64,000 nucleotides of DNA. Origin: Octopus vulgaris. Its lineage: Eukaryota. Positions 41,509 to 55,423 of the stretch are shown here, piece by piece; position 1 is the first letter of the stretch, and each line of letters opens with the position of its first letter. The translations under genes and the position numbers were made by a program. The notes under the pieces were generated by a model. The model saw nothing but the letters and a program-made list of their open reading frames with translations, was not told the origin of the DNA and did not search any database. The stretch lies in contig OX597826.1 in the NCBI GenBank assembly GCA_951406725.2, positions 16,554,001 to 16,618,000 on the forward strand. Reading direction: 5' to 3'.

Positions 41509-41509
<1 letters not shown>

Positions 41510-41580
<71 letters not shown>
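41510..41580. repeat. (CA)n microsatellite
   Basis: Direct inspection. Confidence 0.97.
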
Positions 41581-41583
<3 letters not shown>

Positions 41584-43389
41584 TAAAGACACGTTTACAC
41601 AAACACACATGTATATCTACTTTACAACTTGCCAACTTGTGTATTAAAAATATTTTATTACATCTGGATTTTTACAATTTATATATATTTTTTCTCACAT
41701 GAAGTTTCTACGTTTGTAACAGTTGTCAAGTGAATGCTTGCATAACAATAGCATTTATGTCGAAGTTCCTCTTCTTCGAACGACATTTGAGTCATAAAGA
41801 TTACGACATAGGAGGATTAAGAAATTTTTTATTGCAACATATTTCTGAATGAATACTGTATGGATCTAATATTTACTGATTGTGTATTCGTATGTGCTAT
41901 GATAAGGAATTTCTACTCTGGTCAATATATAGTTTGTCTTAATTGAGATATTTGTTTGAATAAATTTAATATCTGCTCATATTGCTTTAGCAAAGATTTT
42001 TTTCTGGTGGTCTTTGTATTAATATGATATATAAACTGCATGTATAAAATATGTACCATAACGATTGTCACTATGTTTGCATATGGTTAGGTCGCCATCG
42101 CTGTTTAAATACAAATTTGACTGTCTTAAGATTTGTTTTAGTATTTTGGATTGTAATACGATTTGAATAAATATTCGATCTTTAATTAAATCCTATAATT
42201 TATCTTACACTCTGCTAAGAAGCTAATGTGGTAAGATGATATTAGAAATATCCCGATTATGTTGATTATATGTTAATGTATCCTTCTTTCTTGCATTGCT
42301 CGAAGTTGTTTTACATGTATTCGTTTTCTATAATCTATAACATTTTGTATAAGTAAGTTTGAATATTTATAAAGTAGAAATCTCTTAAGGATTGCTACGT
42401 TTTGTTTTCGGGTATTTATTTTCCTTCACTGCTCGATATTGGATGGATGCTCCATATGTTGCCTGGTGCGATTTAAAACACATTATTGATTTTCCTTCAT
42501 TCTTTAAAAATATATATATCGGCAGTAATCTTTGTGTTAGTTTAATCACGCTTATTGGAGAAATGATAATTTCATGGTGCTTATCTCATTTGGAGAAGAC
42601 GGTTTTCGTTACTGTCGAATTCCAAATTAGCCAGAAATTTTATGTAACTTAGAAAAACCGAATAATATCTACAACTATTTTACATATAACCTCTCTATAT
42701 TTTCTCAAAATTCCGTATCACAATTTTCACTATTCCCGAGTACACAGTTGTTAGAACAAATTTGGTTTGAGAAATAATATATCGTTCTCATCGATGATAC
42801 TGAGACTGGCTACCTACTTGAAATTGCCTCTCAGCGATTTTTGACCGACTATTTGATTCCTGTTTTCCTCATTAATGTGGAATCATTTGTGTGAAGGTTT
42901 GATACAATAAATTCATTTTAGAATAAAAGATAGCAACATTATTCCTAATGTATTTAGTTTCTCGTGTAGCTGGAAACTGGTTTGAAAACAGCGTTAATTA
43001 AATTATTGAGAGGTTGAATAGATTATTGAGTACCAGCTATGATCGGCGTAAAAATGACATCTTTTACTTTCAGCCACTTTATATTTTCACTGCATTGCTC
43101 TTTTAGTTCATTACGAGAGGGTTTTGTATATGTTGGCGATAAACATTGATAGATTTTGTTTCAAATTGATAGTCATTCTACTTAGTGGTAAGTGAATTAC
43201 GATGTTTTAAAACAATGTTGGTAGCTGTTGCATAATGCGGCGATTTATATTGCAAGTATTTCTGAGTAAACGTTTGTATCATTCATCTGCTTAGCAACTA
43301 AATACAGATAATGTTCAAAGACCATAATCACAAGATCACTTTGAAAGATTTAAAGGAACAAGTTGACTTTCCGCAACTTGTTTTTTTTA

Positions 43390-43725
43390 TTTAATCCTGG
43401 TACTTATTCTGTCGTACATTTCGGCAAATCACTAAGTTCCGTGAATGTAACCAAGCCGGTTGTCAAATGGAGAAGACAATCACAAAAGCGAGCGCATACA
43501 TGCAGTCACTCACGCGCACACACACGTACACACACACTCACACGTACACACACGCAAACACACACACGGGAACACGCACGCACATATAAATATAAACGTA
43601 GGGTATACAGTTTCCGCCAAACAAATTGACTCACAAATTCTTGGTGGGCTCGAGGTAATAGTGAAAGACCTCTGTCAAAGGTGTCACGCAGCCGGACTAA
43701 AAGCAAAAGTACGATATTGCACACC
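43390..43725 (-). mobile_element. SINE family A, decayed copy
   Basis: ccggttgtcaa, tacagtttccgcc, aaggtgtcacgcagccggact match the reverse complement of family A. Confidence 0.7.
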
Positions 43726-44241
43726 AACAGGCTGAGATGTAGACTATTTTTCCCAATAATCTTAAAAGTGTGCAAATATTTCCAATTTGTCAACTTGGGA
43801 AGAATATCACTTTCGTGGTGTATTTTCCCATTTCTCTCTTTTGGTGGAATATATTTTGATTCATTCTTTATAATATATCTATCATCTCAGTGACATTCTT
43901 AGCGAACAGTTCAATCAATTGTATTTTCCAGCAGAAAAATAGATATACTCTCTTCCAGCTCTTGATTGTTAGATTCTTTTTTAGTTATTTTGCCATTGTA
44001 GCGTGTAGGGTCTTCCTTAGATACATTTTGAAGTCTCATATCTCTCTTGCGCTTTATTATCCCACGCAATAAATGTATATGTATATCTACTACATATATA
44101 CGTGTATATTTCTACATATTTATATATACACGATCCTTTCTAACAATGGCTTTGCTCGTAAACGAGAAAGCACCTTGCACGTGGAATTTTGGTGATCTTT
44201 CTTTCTTCCTTTGGCCTTTTCTGATGAACTTTTCTGTCTCA

Positions 44242-44278
44242 TGTTTCCGAAGAAGAGCTTTGCTCGAAAGGTAAGACA
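44242..44278 (+). ncRNA. Minimal hammerhead-like motif, degenerate
   Basis: tgttt-CCGAAGA-a-gagc[ttt]gctc-GAAA-gg-TA-agaca; 5-bp stem I, 4-bp stem II, U4C change. Confidence 0.55.
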
Positions 44279-44375
44279 ACCACTATTTCTTTCCTTCTCC
44301 GTGTGTTTTATTAATACTGTGCATGTACCACGTTCACATGTTGTTGTTTTTTCTTGATTTTTTTCTCCTTTTTTA

Positions 44376-44460
<85 letters not shown>

Positions 44461-44462
<2 letters not shown>

Positions 44463-44595
44463 CAGGAGTAGCTTTGTGGTAAGTAGCTTGCTTACCAGCC
44501 ATATGGTTCTGAGTTCAATCCCACTGAATAGCACCTTGTATTCTATTACAGTCTTGTGAATGGATTTGATAGACAGAAACTGAAAGAAGCCCACC

Positions 44596-44630
<35 letters not shown>

Positions 44631-44860
44631 TGTGTCTGTGTGTACGTGTGTGTATGTTTGTGTGCCTGTGTTTGTCCAACAATCATCGCTTGACAAACGA
44701 CGTTGCTGTGTTTACGTTGGTGAAACTTAGCAGTTCGGCAAAAGAGACAATGAGTACTAGGCTTAGAAAGAAGGAGTCTTGAGTTTGATCTGGTCGACTA
44801 CAAGCGGTGCCCCAGCACGGCCGCAGTCAAATGACTGAAACAAATACAAGAATAAAAGAA
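44461..44860 (+). mobile_element. SINE family A copy
   Basis: Collinear with 35468-35886. Confidence 0.9.
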
Positions 44861-45219
44861 TATATATACATACTTACACTCACAAAATATGGGTACATAT
44901 ATTTCCACACAAACTCACACACACATATATGTATACATTTACATATACAACTGTGAATTCATGCATATACATAAGTTTTGTATGTGTATGACAATCTGTG
45001 TGGGGCGTGGGTGTTTATTGAAATTTTTTTGTCGTCCACATATTTATATAAACATATGTGAAACAGTAAAAAAGAAGCTTCTATAAATTGTGTGCAGCAC
45101 ATTTGAAGATATATTTTGAGAATATATATTGTCCCATGTAATTTTATTTTGAGAAATTGCATCAATACATGGTGTACTGCCTGTAGTTATACATATGTAC
45201 ATACTACATTGTATATATG

Positions 45220-45282
<63 letters not shown>

Positions 45283-45559
45283 CGTGAAAAAGCGAACATT
45301 ACCGGAATAATATATTGTTTGGATTTATGAATATTCCCTTGCATGTCATACTGAGTTTCTTGATTTCATTATCTTATCTCCAATTTTTTCTATCATTCCG
45401 CCTTCAGTTGCTGTCTTTTATTACCCATCTCTCACAATATCACCCCTTCATACACCCCACCCCGTCTCTCTCCTACCCTATCTCATACTTTGATTTTGAT
45501 TACCTGTTTACAGTCCAGTAGATTCTTGTTGTACATGAAGTGAGTATTTATTATTTTAT

Positions 45560-46480
45560 TTTAACTTTAGTCAATATATTCCATTTTCGATGCATTGAAA
45601 CATATATTAGACAGGAAAAATATCTGCTTTAGCTTTTGTACTTTCATAATACACAGCAATATATTTCCTAGAATGTTGCTGCAACAAATATTTACATTTT
45701 GTGAGCTAGAAGATATTTTATTAAGAAATACATAACTTAGTGAATTGTACATAATAATATTATGGCTATTTTACAACATAGAGTTTTGCTTACGTTGAAA
45801 ATAAGCTGAAAATTTAAAGGATTCTTAAGCATTTTTCTTTTGTATCTGCAGTAATCTTCCATGATTTGTTAATTATCATAAGTATAATCGATCGACATCA
45901 TTTTCTTGGATTCTATGTAATACTTCTAAAGTGTTATTTTTGATATTTTCAAGATAATATCTTGGGGTATTTTCAATTATTAATTTTACGAACTCCGTTT
46001 CCCTCCATCGCGTTACTACAATTGAATTTTTATAAACCTGAAAGGACAAATAACAATATAAATCAGAAATACCAAACGCAAGTATTATTACAAAGGACAT
46101 TAAATATATATCTGATAATGCAACATGAGTTGCTGAAATCCGTGCAAGAAATTTTAATATTATGTCCTCACAAAATCAGGAGATCTATTGTAATGTTAAT
46201 TTGATAGGATATTTTCCTTCTGTTTCTATCGGTATTTCATTTGGACACAATGTCTTTTGGACACCTAAGGCTTTTGGACATCATTTGGACATCTCTGTCT
46301 TTTTCTCTGATCATATTAAATGCTTCACACATACCCAGATTTTGATTGTTATAAAAATTAATTCAGTGTAAATGATAGATTTTATTTACGAAAATTTACT
46401 AGTGAAAACAACTGAAATATGATCGACTGAATATTTAGAATAGTCATCACTGTAATACATTCTCTAGAAATCATTGCGCC
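45560..46480 (-). mobile_element. Possible decayed hAT transposase fossil
   Basis: Faint ZMYM1/hAT-like remnants (MSFVIILAF, NDVDRLYL, SQNVNIC, KLKQI). Similar faint signals at about 37350-38000 and 41750-43300. Confidence 0.3.
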
Positions 46481-47914
46481 AAAATGTACATCTCTAATTG
46501 CTTAGGATTGTTTACGAGGGTTTGATCTCCATATTACCTCTAGTTTTAAGAGAAATGACTATCGTGAACTTGCAGCTGATAAAATGGATGTTTGTTTCTT
46601 CTTTATATGACGCAGATGGTACTGATAAAAGCGTGTGCATCAGACTCGTTTTTGTATCTTATAGTTCGGTACCGCGTATCATTCATCCAAATTTCTTAAT
46701 GTTTTATATTTCTTTACTCACTCAAGTTACAAGGTTTTTTCTACATTCTAGTTAGGGCTAACAGAATGATTGTGGTACATATTACAATGCTTACGTGATA
46801 TACGAAATGCACGGTCGGTATCTACACCCACATATCAACATGAGATGCTTCTTCGTGCTTGCTTTCCAGAAAACACTAGAAATATCTGTTGTTGTTTATA
46901 AATAAACATGATCATCCGTAAAGTTGACTCGTACTCACACGCATAGCACTTCAATGATTTGCATTTTCCAATAACTGATCTCCTCTTTTTAGCATATGTA
47001 TAACTCTTTCGTAGGCATGGCAGTTTCGAGTAGAATATGTATATCCATACGGAAATGAACTAATGACTTGCTTTTTCCCCGGTTCTTTAACCAAACTACA
47101 GGTTTTAGCTCCCATCAATATCTGTAGCTCTGACGCTTAACTGCACTCAAAGTTTACCAACATTCACATCGTATATACAAGTTCAATAACCAACACCACT
47201 ATTGCATCATCATAACTTGGTAGAAAGAGTACGGTTCCAGGCGCAGAATTGGACAAGGTTCTTTCAGATTCCTTTTACGAAAACATATGGACTATCAGCA
47301 TTTTTTCAGCAAAACCTGTATATCTCTTTCTCTTAGCCGGTTTTTGTCTTCAGGTTTATTTTTTTGTTTTCTGTTTGGTGGGTCAGCGGTAATTTTTTAG
47401 TGAAGGACGCATTTCTTTTGTGATGTTCATCTTACACATTTTTCGGGAATTTTGTGGCTCGGAACTCGTTTTGAATTGAAAAGCTAAGAAAAGATTATTG
47501 TCAATTTTGTTGTTATTTAACTAAATGTTTCTTTTGATTTTAAGCTGTAACAGTAAATGTTTCATTTTGAAGCTGTGCTTGTTTTATTGCAACTTTCTAC
47601 TTGTAAGAAACTTACAAGGGACATCGCTTTCGGCATCAAACTACTACCATGACTGTAGCATCTACTCTTCTTACCACAGACATAGCCAATACAGGGATCG
47701 TCAAAATGTATACATGTTTAACAAAAGTGATTATATAAAGGCTTCTTCTATCGCAGGAAATGGAGCGAACACTTCAATAATATAAAACCATTTTGCTGTA
47801 TAAGTTAAGTAAAAATACTGCCTTTGCCTTTCATTCAGTGAATCGGGAAATCTCCCTCACCTTATGAGCGTTGGTTCTTTTGAACGCTTTCCTTCGCGTG
47901 AACAATCGAAGTGA

Positions 47915-48082
47915 ATAATAGAAGTGGCAGCAGCAGTAGCACTAGTAGTAGCAGCAGTAGTAGTAATAATAATAGTGGTAGTAGTAGTTGTAGTAGTAGT
48001 AGTAGCAGCAGCAGTAGTAGTAGTAGTAGAAGTTGTAGTAGTAGCAGCAGTAGTAGTAATAATAATAGTGGTAGTAGTAGTT

Positions 48083-48119
<37 letters not shown>

Positions 48120-48196
48120 CAGCAGCAGTAGTAGTAGTAGTAGAAGTTGTAGTAGTAGCATCAGTAGTAGTAATAATAATAGTGGTAGTAGTAGTT

Positions 48197-48236
<40 letters not shown>

Positions 48237-48304
48237 CAGCAGCAGTAGTAGTAGTAGTAGTAGAAGTTGTAGTAGTAGCAGCAGTAGTAGTAATAATAAT
48301 AGTG

Positions 48305-48353
<49 letters not shown>

Positions 48354-48430
48354 CAGCAGCAGTAGTAGTAGTAGTAGAAGTTGTAGTAGTAGCAGCAGTA
48401 GTAGTAATAATAATAGTGGTAGTAGTAGTT

Positions 48431-48470
<40 letters not shown>

Positions 48471-48557
48471 CAGCAGCAGTAGTAGTAGTAGTAGTAGAAG
48501 TTGTAGTAGTAGCAGCAGTAGTAGTAATAATAATAGTGGTAGTAGTAGTTGTAGTAT

Positions 48558-48599
<42 letters not shown>

Positions 48600-48620
48600 C
48601 AGCAGTAGTAGTAATAATAA

Positions 48621-48683
<63 letters not shown>

Positions 48684-48785
48684 AAGTTGTAGTAGTAGCA
48701 GCAGTAGCAGCATTAGTAGCAGTTGTAGTTGCAGCAACAACAATAATAATGATGATGAAGATGATGATGATAATAATAATAGTTC
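47915..48785. repeat. Higher-order minisatellite built from AGT/AGC/AAT triplets
   Basis: Landmark aataataatagt at 47965, 48058, 48172, 48292, 48406, 48526 and 48613. Confidence 0.95.
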
Positions 48786-49175
48786 AACTCTAACAACACT
48801 GGATAAAAACAACAGGAAAGCGCCTATATAAGAATATCTAAATAGAATACGAAATCAACTTGAGAGAGGAAATGTAAGAAAAAAAAACCCCGAAATAATA
48901 GAGAAAGTAAAAAGGAAATAAGAGAGTATCGGAAGCAGATTCACAGAGTCACACACAACCACATACATGCAAAGAAGAAAGCACAAATAGATATAAATCA
49001 ATCCAAGTGCAACTAATAATGGCCGAATTGTTCTGTAAGTCATGCAAGTAGAATAATTAATTGGAATGTGTATCGTTATTTTGATGTTGCTCTTTGTCTT
49101 ACATCACATTCTCACCATCACCATCACCACCAAACCAATAAAAGCAGCACTAGCACCTACACCTGAAACAAAACC

Positions 49176-49176
<1 letters not shown>

Positions 49177-49216
<40 letters not shown>

Positions 49217-49255
49217 GCAACTACTACTACTACTACTACTACGACGACGACAGCG

Positions 49256-49293
<38 letters not shown>
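49177..49293. repeat. (CTA)n microsatellite
   Basis: Direct inspection. Confidence 0.95.
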
Positions 49294-49295
<2 letters not shown>

Positions 49296-50096
49296 TCTTC
49301 TTTTTCTACTATATCTAGCAATAATATCACGTCAACTGGTACCACTCTTTTCAGTACGACAAACTCGTCTACTACTATCCTTAGTAACAATAATAATACT
49401 TGAAATGACACCACCACGACCAAGTTCACAAACACCGCCACCACCACTATCACCTCCGCACCACTACTACTACCACCGCCACCACCGCCAGTACTACTGT
49501 TATTACTACTACTACTGACAAACGCTTATTAGTAGCAATTATTCGCAAAATACTAAAGCGAATGAAAAGAGTACGACAACTCTATCATTTCTGCAAATAC
49601 TATACTGTCACGATCACCCTCATCACCGCAAATAAGATTCGTACCGATGTAATTTGCTATGTTCAGCGTCTGAGTACAGTTTCTCGAAAGCTTGTAACGA
49701 CAGGAAGAAAACATGTTGGCCATAATTAACAAATCTTTAGAATGAGATTCTGATGTCTGCAATATAGAAAGAGATATAAAACGTATAAGAGAAGGGATTT
49801 GAATAGTGCTCAGAAGCAATATATGTATCTTGCAATACAAATACGGTGAGAAAATGAGGAAAAATTAAACAAGAGAAAAGAAGTTTAACATAAAAACATC
49901 AAAATCAAGGTAATAAAAGCAAAAATAATGGAAAAACCAGAACGCATCTTAAAGAATTTTATCTGCTAGGAGGATTAAGGTGACCCTTTAATTGAGATTA
50001 ATTCATTTGATGTTTCCTTACTTTATGTTTCTTGTAATTATAAATTAAAGTAGATGCGGTTTTGAGTCTTCACGCTGAATCATTTAGAACACATAG

Positions 50097-50161
<65 letters not shown>

Positions 50162-50163
50162 CG

Positions 50164-50198
<35 letters not shown>

Positions 50199-50699
50199 GC
50201 GCGCACACACATATATATATATATACGCACATTTCGCCCTTAATGTGTTTCAGAGCAGTTTCTTGAACACGAGACTGTAAACACAAATATAGACGCTAGC
50301 ACATAAAATGCCAAACATATTGAAATGACAAAAATGCCTTACGCAAACACACATACACACGCCATATTTACACGACATTTTGACGTACCACAACGTGTTA
50401 TACACACACAAAATGTGTGTAATATATGTATATTTGAAAAATGCATTAAATTAGAATCGTAATATGAACGCCAGAAAACACGCTTCAAGTCACACGCAGG
50501 AAACATCCTGACACATATACACACAGTATAAATCGCTTCTCATAAGATACACACTTGCAAAACTAGTCACAAATACACACCGCATATGCACACGTATAGA
50601 AATGCACGCTGTAAGCAAATGCGAATTGATTTCATTTTTTATATAACGATGAAACGTTTAATCGACATAATTAAACTTTTGAGTTAGACAAATTTCCTG

Positions 50700-51215
50700 A
50701 ATCTTCATCACCATCATCATCATCATCATCGTCGTCGACGTAATCATCATCATCATCATCATTACCATCATCATAATCGTAATCATCACAACCGTTATGA
50801 CCATCGCTATATTTATTGTCCTCAACAATATTATCGTCGTCTTCATCGTTGAAATCACCATAACATTCACCAAAATAATTACCATCGTCTTCGTTCACAT
50901 CATCGTCATCATCAGTATCCTTAGCAACACCGTCACCTCCATCACCTTCATCCTCATAATCACTGTTACGCGCGCTCTGATATACTTTTCACTCTCTCCT
51001 TTTCCTCCTTTGCCACATCGTCAGCATTATTTTCATTACCATTAACATCTCCGTCCCCATTCTTGATATAAACGTCAGCATAATTAACATGGTTATTACC
51101 ATGGACACTTCCTTTGCTAACCATCGACACCACCACTGACACCGTCCCAACAGCCACCACCACCACCACCTGCTCCATCATCATCATCATCATTATCATC
51201 ATTGTGTTGATCATC
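50700..51215. repeat. Degenerate (CAT)n/(CAC)n low-complexity tract
   Basis: Direct inspection. Confidence 0.85.
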
Positions 51216-52904
51216 GAAACAAATAGCAGAAATCTTTCCTACTCGACCTACTAGAAAAAGCAACTATATTTTCAAATCACAATAAGAATATGTTAATAAA
51301 CAGAAGGAAATAAACAAAATAAACAAAAGGAAATTTTTGGATAATCACTAGTATAAAATCTTACTAATGGGGTTGACAACAATAATACTTGAATATATTT
51401 TAACGTAATTGGACCGATAACCTCAGTTAACTCTTGCCTCTTCTAGACAGACTTTTTTCAGTCTGAGATTGGTTTTATGAGAGATTGTGTATGTCATTAG
51501 ATTAATATTCATTTTAATTGTATTGTTATTCTTTATTCATTTCATTTATTTCTCCTTCTTTTTTCTGGCTTTCGTTTTGAAATTCATGTTTTTCTTATTT
51601 TCTTCTCATTGATTTTTTTTTATGATGCTTCAATATATCTATTATTCTATGCATTTTGTCCTTGATATTTTCCTTGTTTCTTTCCTTTTCCATTGTTTCT
51701 TCCTACTCGTGCCATTTAAATCACCCTTTACTTTTCCACACCTTCAGTTTCTAAACATTTTCTTTCTAGCCATTCTTTGCCTCCTCTCATATATTTATTT
51801 CTTTTATGTACTTCCATTAGACAAAGTAACATTTGTTTTCTTTAGTCATTGATTTTCATCAGATTATGTCTCCGAATGTTCCATCACACAAATTGTCTTG
51901 TTAAAAAATTCCAAACTTCTCCAACTATCAACAGAAAATTCTTCCTACTCTTCAGGCAACTCTAAACAACGCACATATATTCAAAACTCATTTGATATTT
52001 TCTCATATGAAAACTGTGACCAGAACTATAATTATTTCTGCACATATTGAATCAACTGACCAAAGTTTTATTATCACTATCGAAACTATATATGCATGCT
52101 TCTACAAAGTAGTCCCCACTTGCGAACACTATAGTACTTATATTTTAATGATTTCTCGGAGTCCGCTATTTCTTTTGTAACTGTCCTGTCAGAAACAGTG
52201 TTTCAACAAAACCCCGTTAGAAATATCTTAGCAAGAGAGTTAACCACCCTACCAAAGGTTTTCGTCAACATATCATAGGTAAAAGCTCAAAACACATAGA
52301 GACAAGTGTTTTCACAAAAGTAGTGATCTTCATGTTCAGATTATGACGCAGTATCGACATTAACGTATACACTTCAATTGATCTAAACCAATTTATGTTT
52401 TACACCGAATGTATGAAAGGCGAAACTGACATTAGTCGGGCGTGGATAGTGGATGTAAAGTGCCTGAACAACCAGTGCAAAGTAATTTGTGCAACGTTCT
52501 AATGATTAAGCTGACCGACAAGAAAACAGCACACTTGTCAAAATATTTCCTTACTTTCGGTAAGGGTTACATATTTTGGCGTAGGAGATTATGTTTATGT
52601 CAGTATATGTCTTGCTATGTCGTGGGTTTCTGTTGCTGATCTTGTTACTTCCTATGTTCTGGTGACACTTGTTGGTAGACCAAATCCTTTTGTTTTTACT
52701 TGCTGTTCCTGACGCTTCCGGACTTGTAGTTAGTGCTTAAATCGCTTAAGTTGCGGTTGTTGTAGTCGTTGTGGCTGTTCGTCAGTGTTTTCTACGTGTA
52801 GCCTTTGTGGTGTTCGCAGTTGAAAGGGACTTCTTTCGGAAGTTCTTTTTGATGATCTTCTGGCAGATAAACTTGGAGTTTCTGCCCTCCGCAGAACTCT
52901 TTTA

Positions 52905-53330
52905 TTGTGGTCTAATGCTCATATTTGTGCTTATGTCGAGTTCTGAATAACTTGTCACTTCTCAGTCCCACTTTGGCACATTCCCCCTCTCCCGTATTAA
53001 TCCCAATATCCTTGCTGAAAATACGGACGACTTTTTAATGAATTCTGCTCAGTGGTATTCTTGGTGAAAATTCTTAAGGCATCCATATATAGGAAATGGT
53101 TTGTAGTTTGTCTATAGTATTTGTAACTCATCGTGACTTCATCTCAGAAGTTTGTTTGTGGAGTCAAGACAAGGTTGAAAAGTAGGTGGTGACAACGCGT
53201 CTATCTTCTTATGGGTGTGGGGCAGCATTTGATGACTTGTAACTCATGTTTCAATGTTATACTGATTTTCTAATTTCTCATTGCACGATTGATATATTTT
53301 AGTAGATTTGGAGCTACTTTATTTGTGGTA
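52905..53330 (-). mobile_element. R4/Dong-like LINE fragment, internally deleted
   Basis: RT remnant HFLYMDA (cf. HLLYMDD). 3' segment attgtggtctaatgctcatatt shared with 53393-53414. Confidence 0.7.
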
Positions 53331-53389
53331 GATTATTTTATTGGATATTTGCTATGTAGAGCGTGTCTTGTGTTTGTGGATTGTTTTAT

Positions 53390-55045
53390 TTGGATTGTGG
53401 TCTAATGCTCATATTGAGAGTGCCTTGCGTAGAATGTGGGATGTTCCTAGCAAGGCTATTTTTTGAATAGGGTAAAACGTTCAGGAGCCAGGTATAGCTT
53501 CTACGTTTTTGTTCACATGTATTTTGTTATCATGCCCCATACTCCAATTATTACTGGTAGTTTTTTCATCTTGAATACTTCAATTTCGAGGTTTTTGTAC
53601 TTGGATAATTTCTCCACTTCTTTCTGTACAATATTTTGGTCAAAAAGAAATGTAATGTAAGTAGGTGTTTTTGTTTCCAATCCTTGATTATTATGTCTGG
53701 GAGACCAGCCTTTAACTCTTTGTCGGTTTAAATAGGCATATCCCAGATAGTTGTTGTCTGTTATAGTGTTGGCATATTGTCCAGTGAATATAATTATTTA
53801 TTCGGTCATTTCTGTTCAGATTTGGCAGGGATCGGACATCCAGAGATGATGTGGTTAACTGTCTCATTGCGCTGGTTGCACATTCTGCATTTGGTTTTAG
53901 GACCTGTTTTCATTATTTTGCTTTTTTAGTTGTTTGTAGTCAGACATTAATGATGAGCAGAGAAAGTCTGTCTTTCTGTTTAAGCTTTTGAGCCATTGTT
54001 GGCTTTTACTTAGGCTCACTTTCTCTCTGTCAAGCCTTGCAAGGTGATGGCCATGGAGTGATTTTCCTCTCCATTTCTTCTTTAGTATGTTCTGTAGTTC
54101 TGTTTTGTCTGACTGTTTCTTTGATGTTGTCAACTGAGGCCACTGCATCAGTGTAGTTTGATTCTGTTGTGTATTTTGTCGCCTCCTTCTGTATAGAAAA
54201 ATGCATTTTCTTTTTTCTTGTTGCCTTATTAAAAGCAATAGTATCCTCTTTTTTCTTTTTAAGTACTTTTCTTGTCCAAGTTTTGTTATTTTATAGTAGT
54301 TTTCTATCTGTATCAGGCTACGGCCTCCTTCTGAGCGGCGTAGAATATATTCTGTCTGCATCTGTTTTCGAGTGGTGAGTTCGGTATGTTGCAAATAGTT
54401 TTCTGGGTTTTCCAAGTTTCTCATTTCACTTATTTTCCGTTTATTATGTTGATGCTACAATTTATGATTGGTATGGCTAGCATGTTTACTCTCCTTATCT
54501 TATTATTAGAATTAAGTTCATTGTTTTAAGCATTGTGTGTTTAACATTTGTGTAACTCTTCTGTAATACTCTCCTAAGTTTCTCTTTCTGTAAGTTGTAT
54601 TTTGGTTGTTGCGTCTATTCCGAGATATTTGAAGGGCGATTGTGGTCTACTTTCCTGGTTTCTGTGTATACATCGAGTGCAATGATTTCAGTTCTGATTA
54701 ATTTAACTTTTCTCGGTGTTGCTTAGGTACATTTGTCCAGCCTCATGCACACCCCAAATTTCTTGCCGAAAATATGGACAATTTAAAAGTTTTATCTATT
54801 CCGTGGTATTTTTAGTGAAAGTTTTAAAATCATCCATGTACAGGAGATGGTTCATTGTTTGTCCATAGCATTCATAACCCATCGTGGTTTCATTTAACAA
54901 GTTTATTAGCGTGGTCAGATAAAGGCAGAACAGCAAGAGTGACAGGGAGACTCCCTGGAAAATCCCCCTTCATATTTGTAGAGGGCAGGTTTTAATGACT
55001 TGTGATTCATTTTTCAATGTTATACTAGTTTTTTTGAATTTGCCA
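53390..55045 (-). mobile_element. R4/Dong-like LINE fragment (RT to restriction-like endonuclease)
   Basis: GIFQGVSLSLLLFCL, NHLLYMDDFK, FKYLGI, RRSEGGRSL, WRGKSLHG, C..C...ETVNHIISGCP, WDMPI.TD, LPVIIGVWG. Confidence 0.88.
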
Positions 55046-55291
55046 TTACATATTTGATATATAATTTATTAGTGTTATTGCTATTATTATTATTATTATT
55101 ATTATCATTATTATCATCACCATCATCTTCGTTGTCGTCGTCGTCGTCATCATCATCATCATCACCAACATCATCATTATCATTATTCGATAAGTTCTTC
55201 GATAAGTTCTAATTCTTTTTTTCATTATTCTTGTTCTCCTACAATCACTGGTATTGAAACCGCCTTGAGATATCACGTTTGTTCAATTTCA

Positions 55292-55423
<132 letters not shown>

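Noticed and set aside
47311-47357. Minus-strand CTGAAGA...GAAA
   Set aside because: Stem II is absent; the pairing is a simple 7-bp inverted repeat that includes the core.
46880-47480. Possible DNA-transposon coding relic on the minus strand
   Set aside because: Only one short motif-like stretch; I could not support a family assignment by eye.
47862-48831. Three ORFs of about 300 aa (poly-L, poly-S, poly-V)
   Set aside because: By-product of a triplet repeat; no domain or splice evidence.
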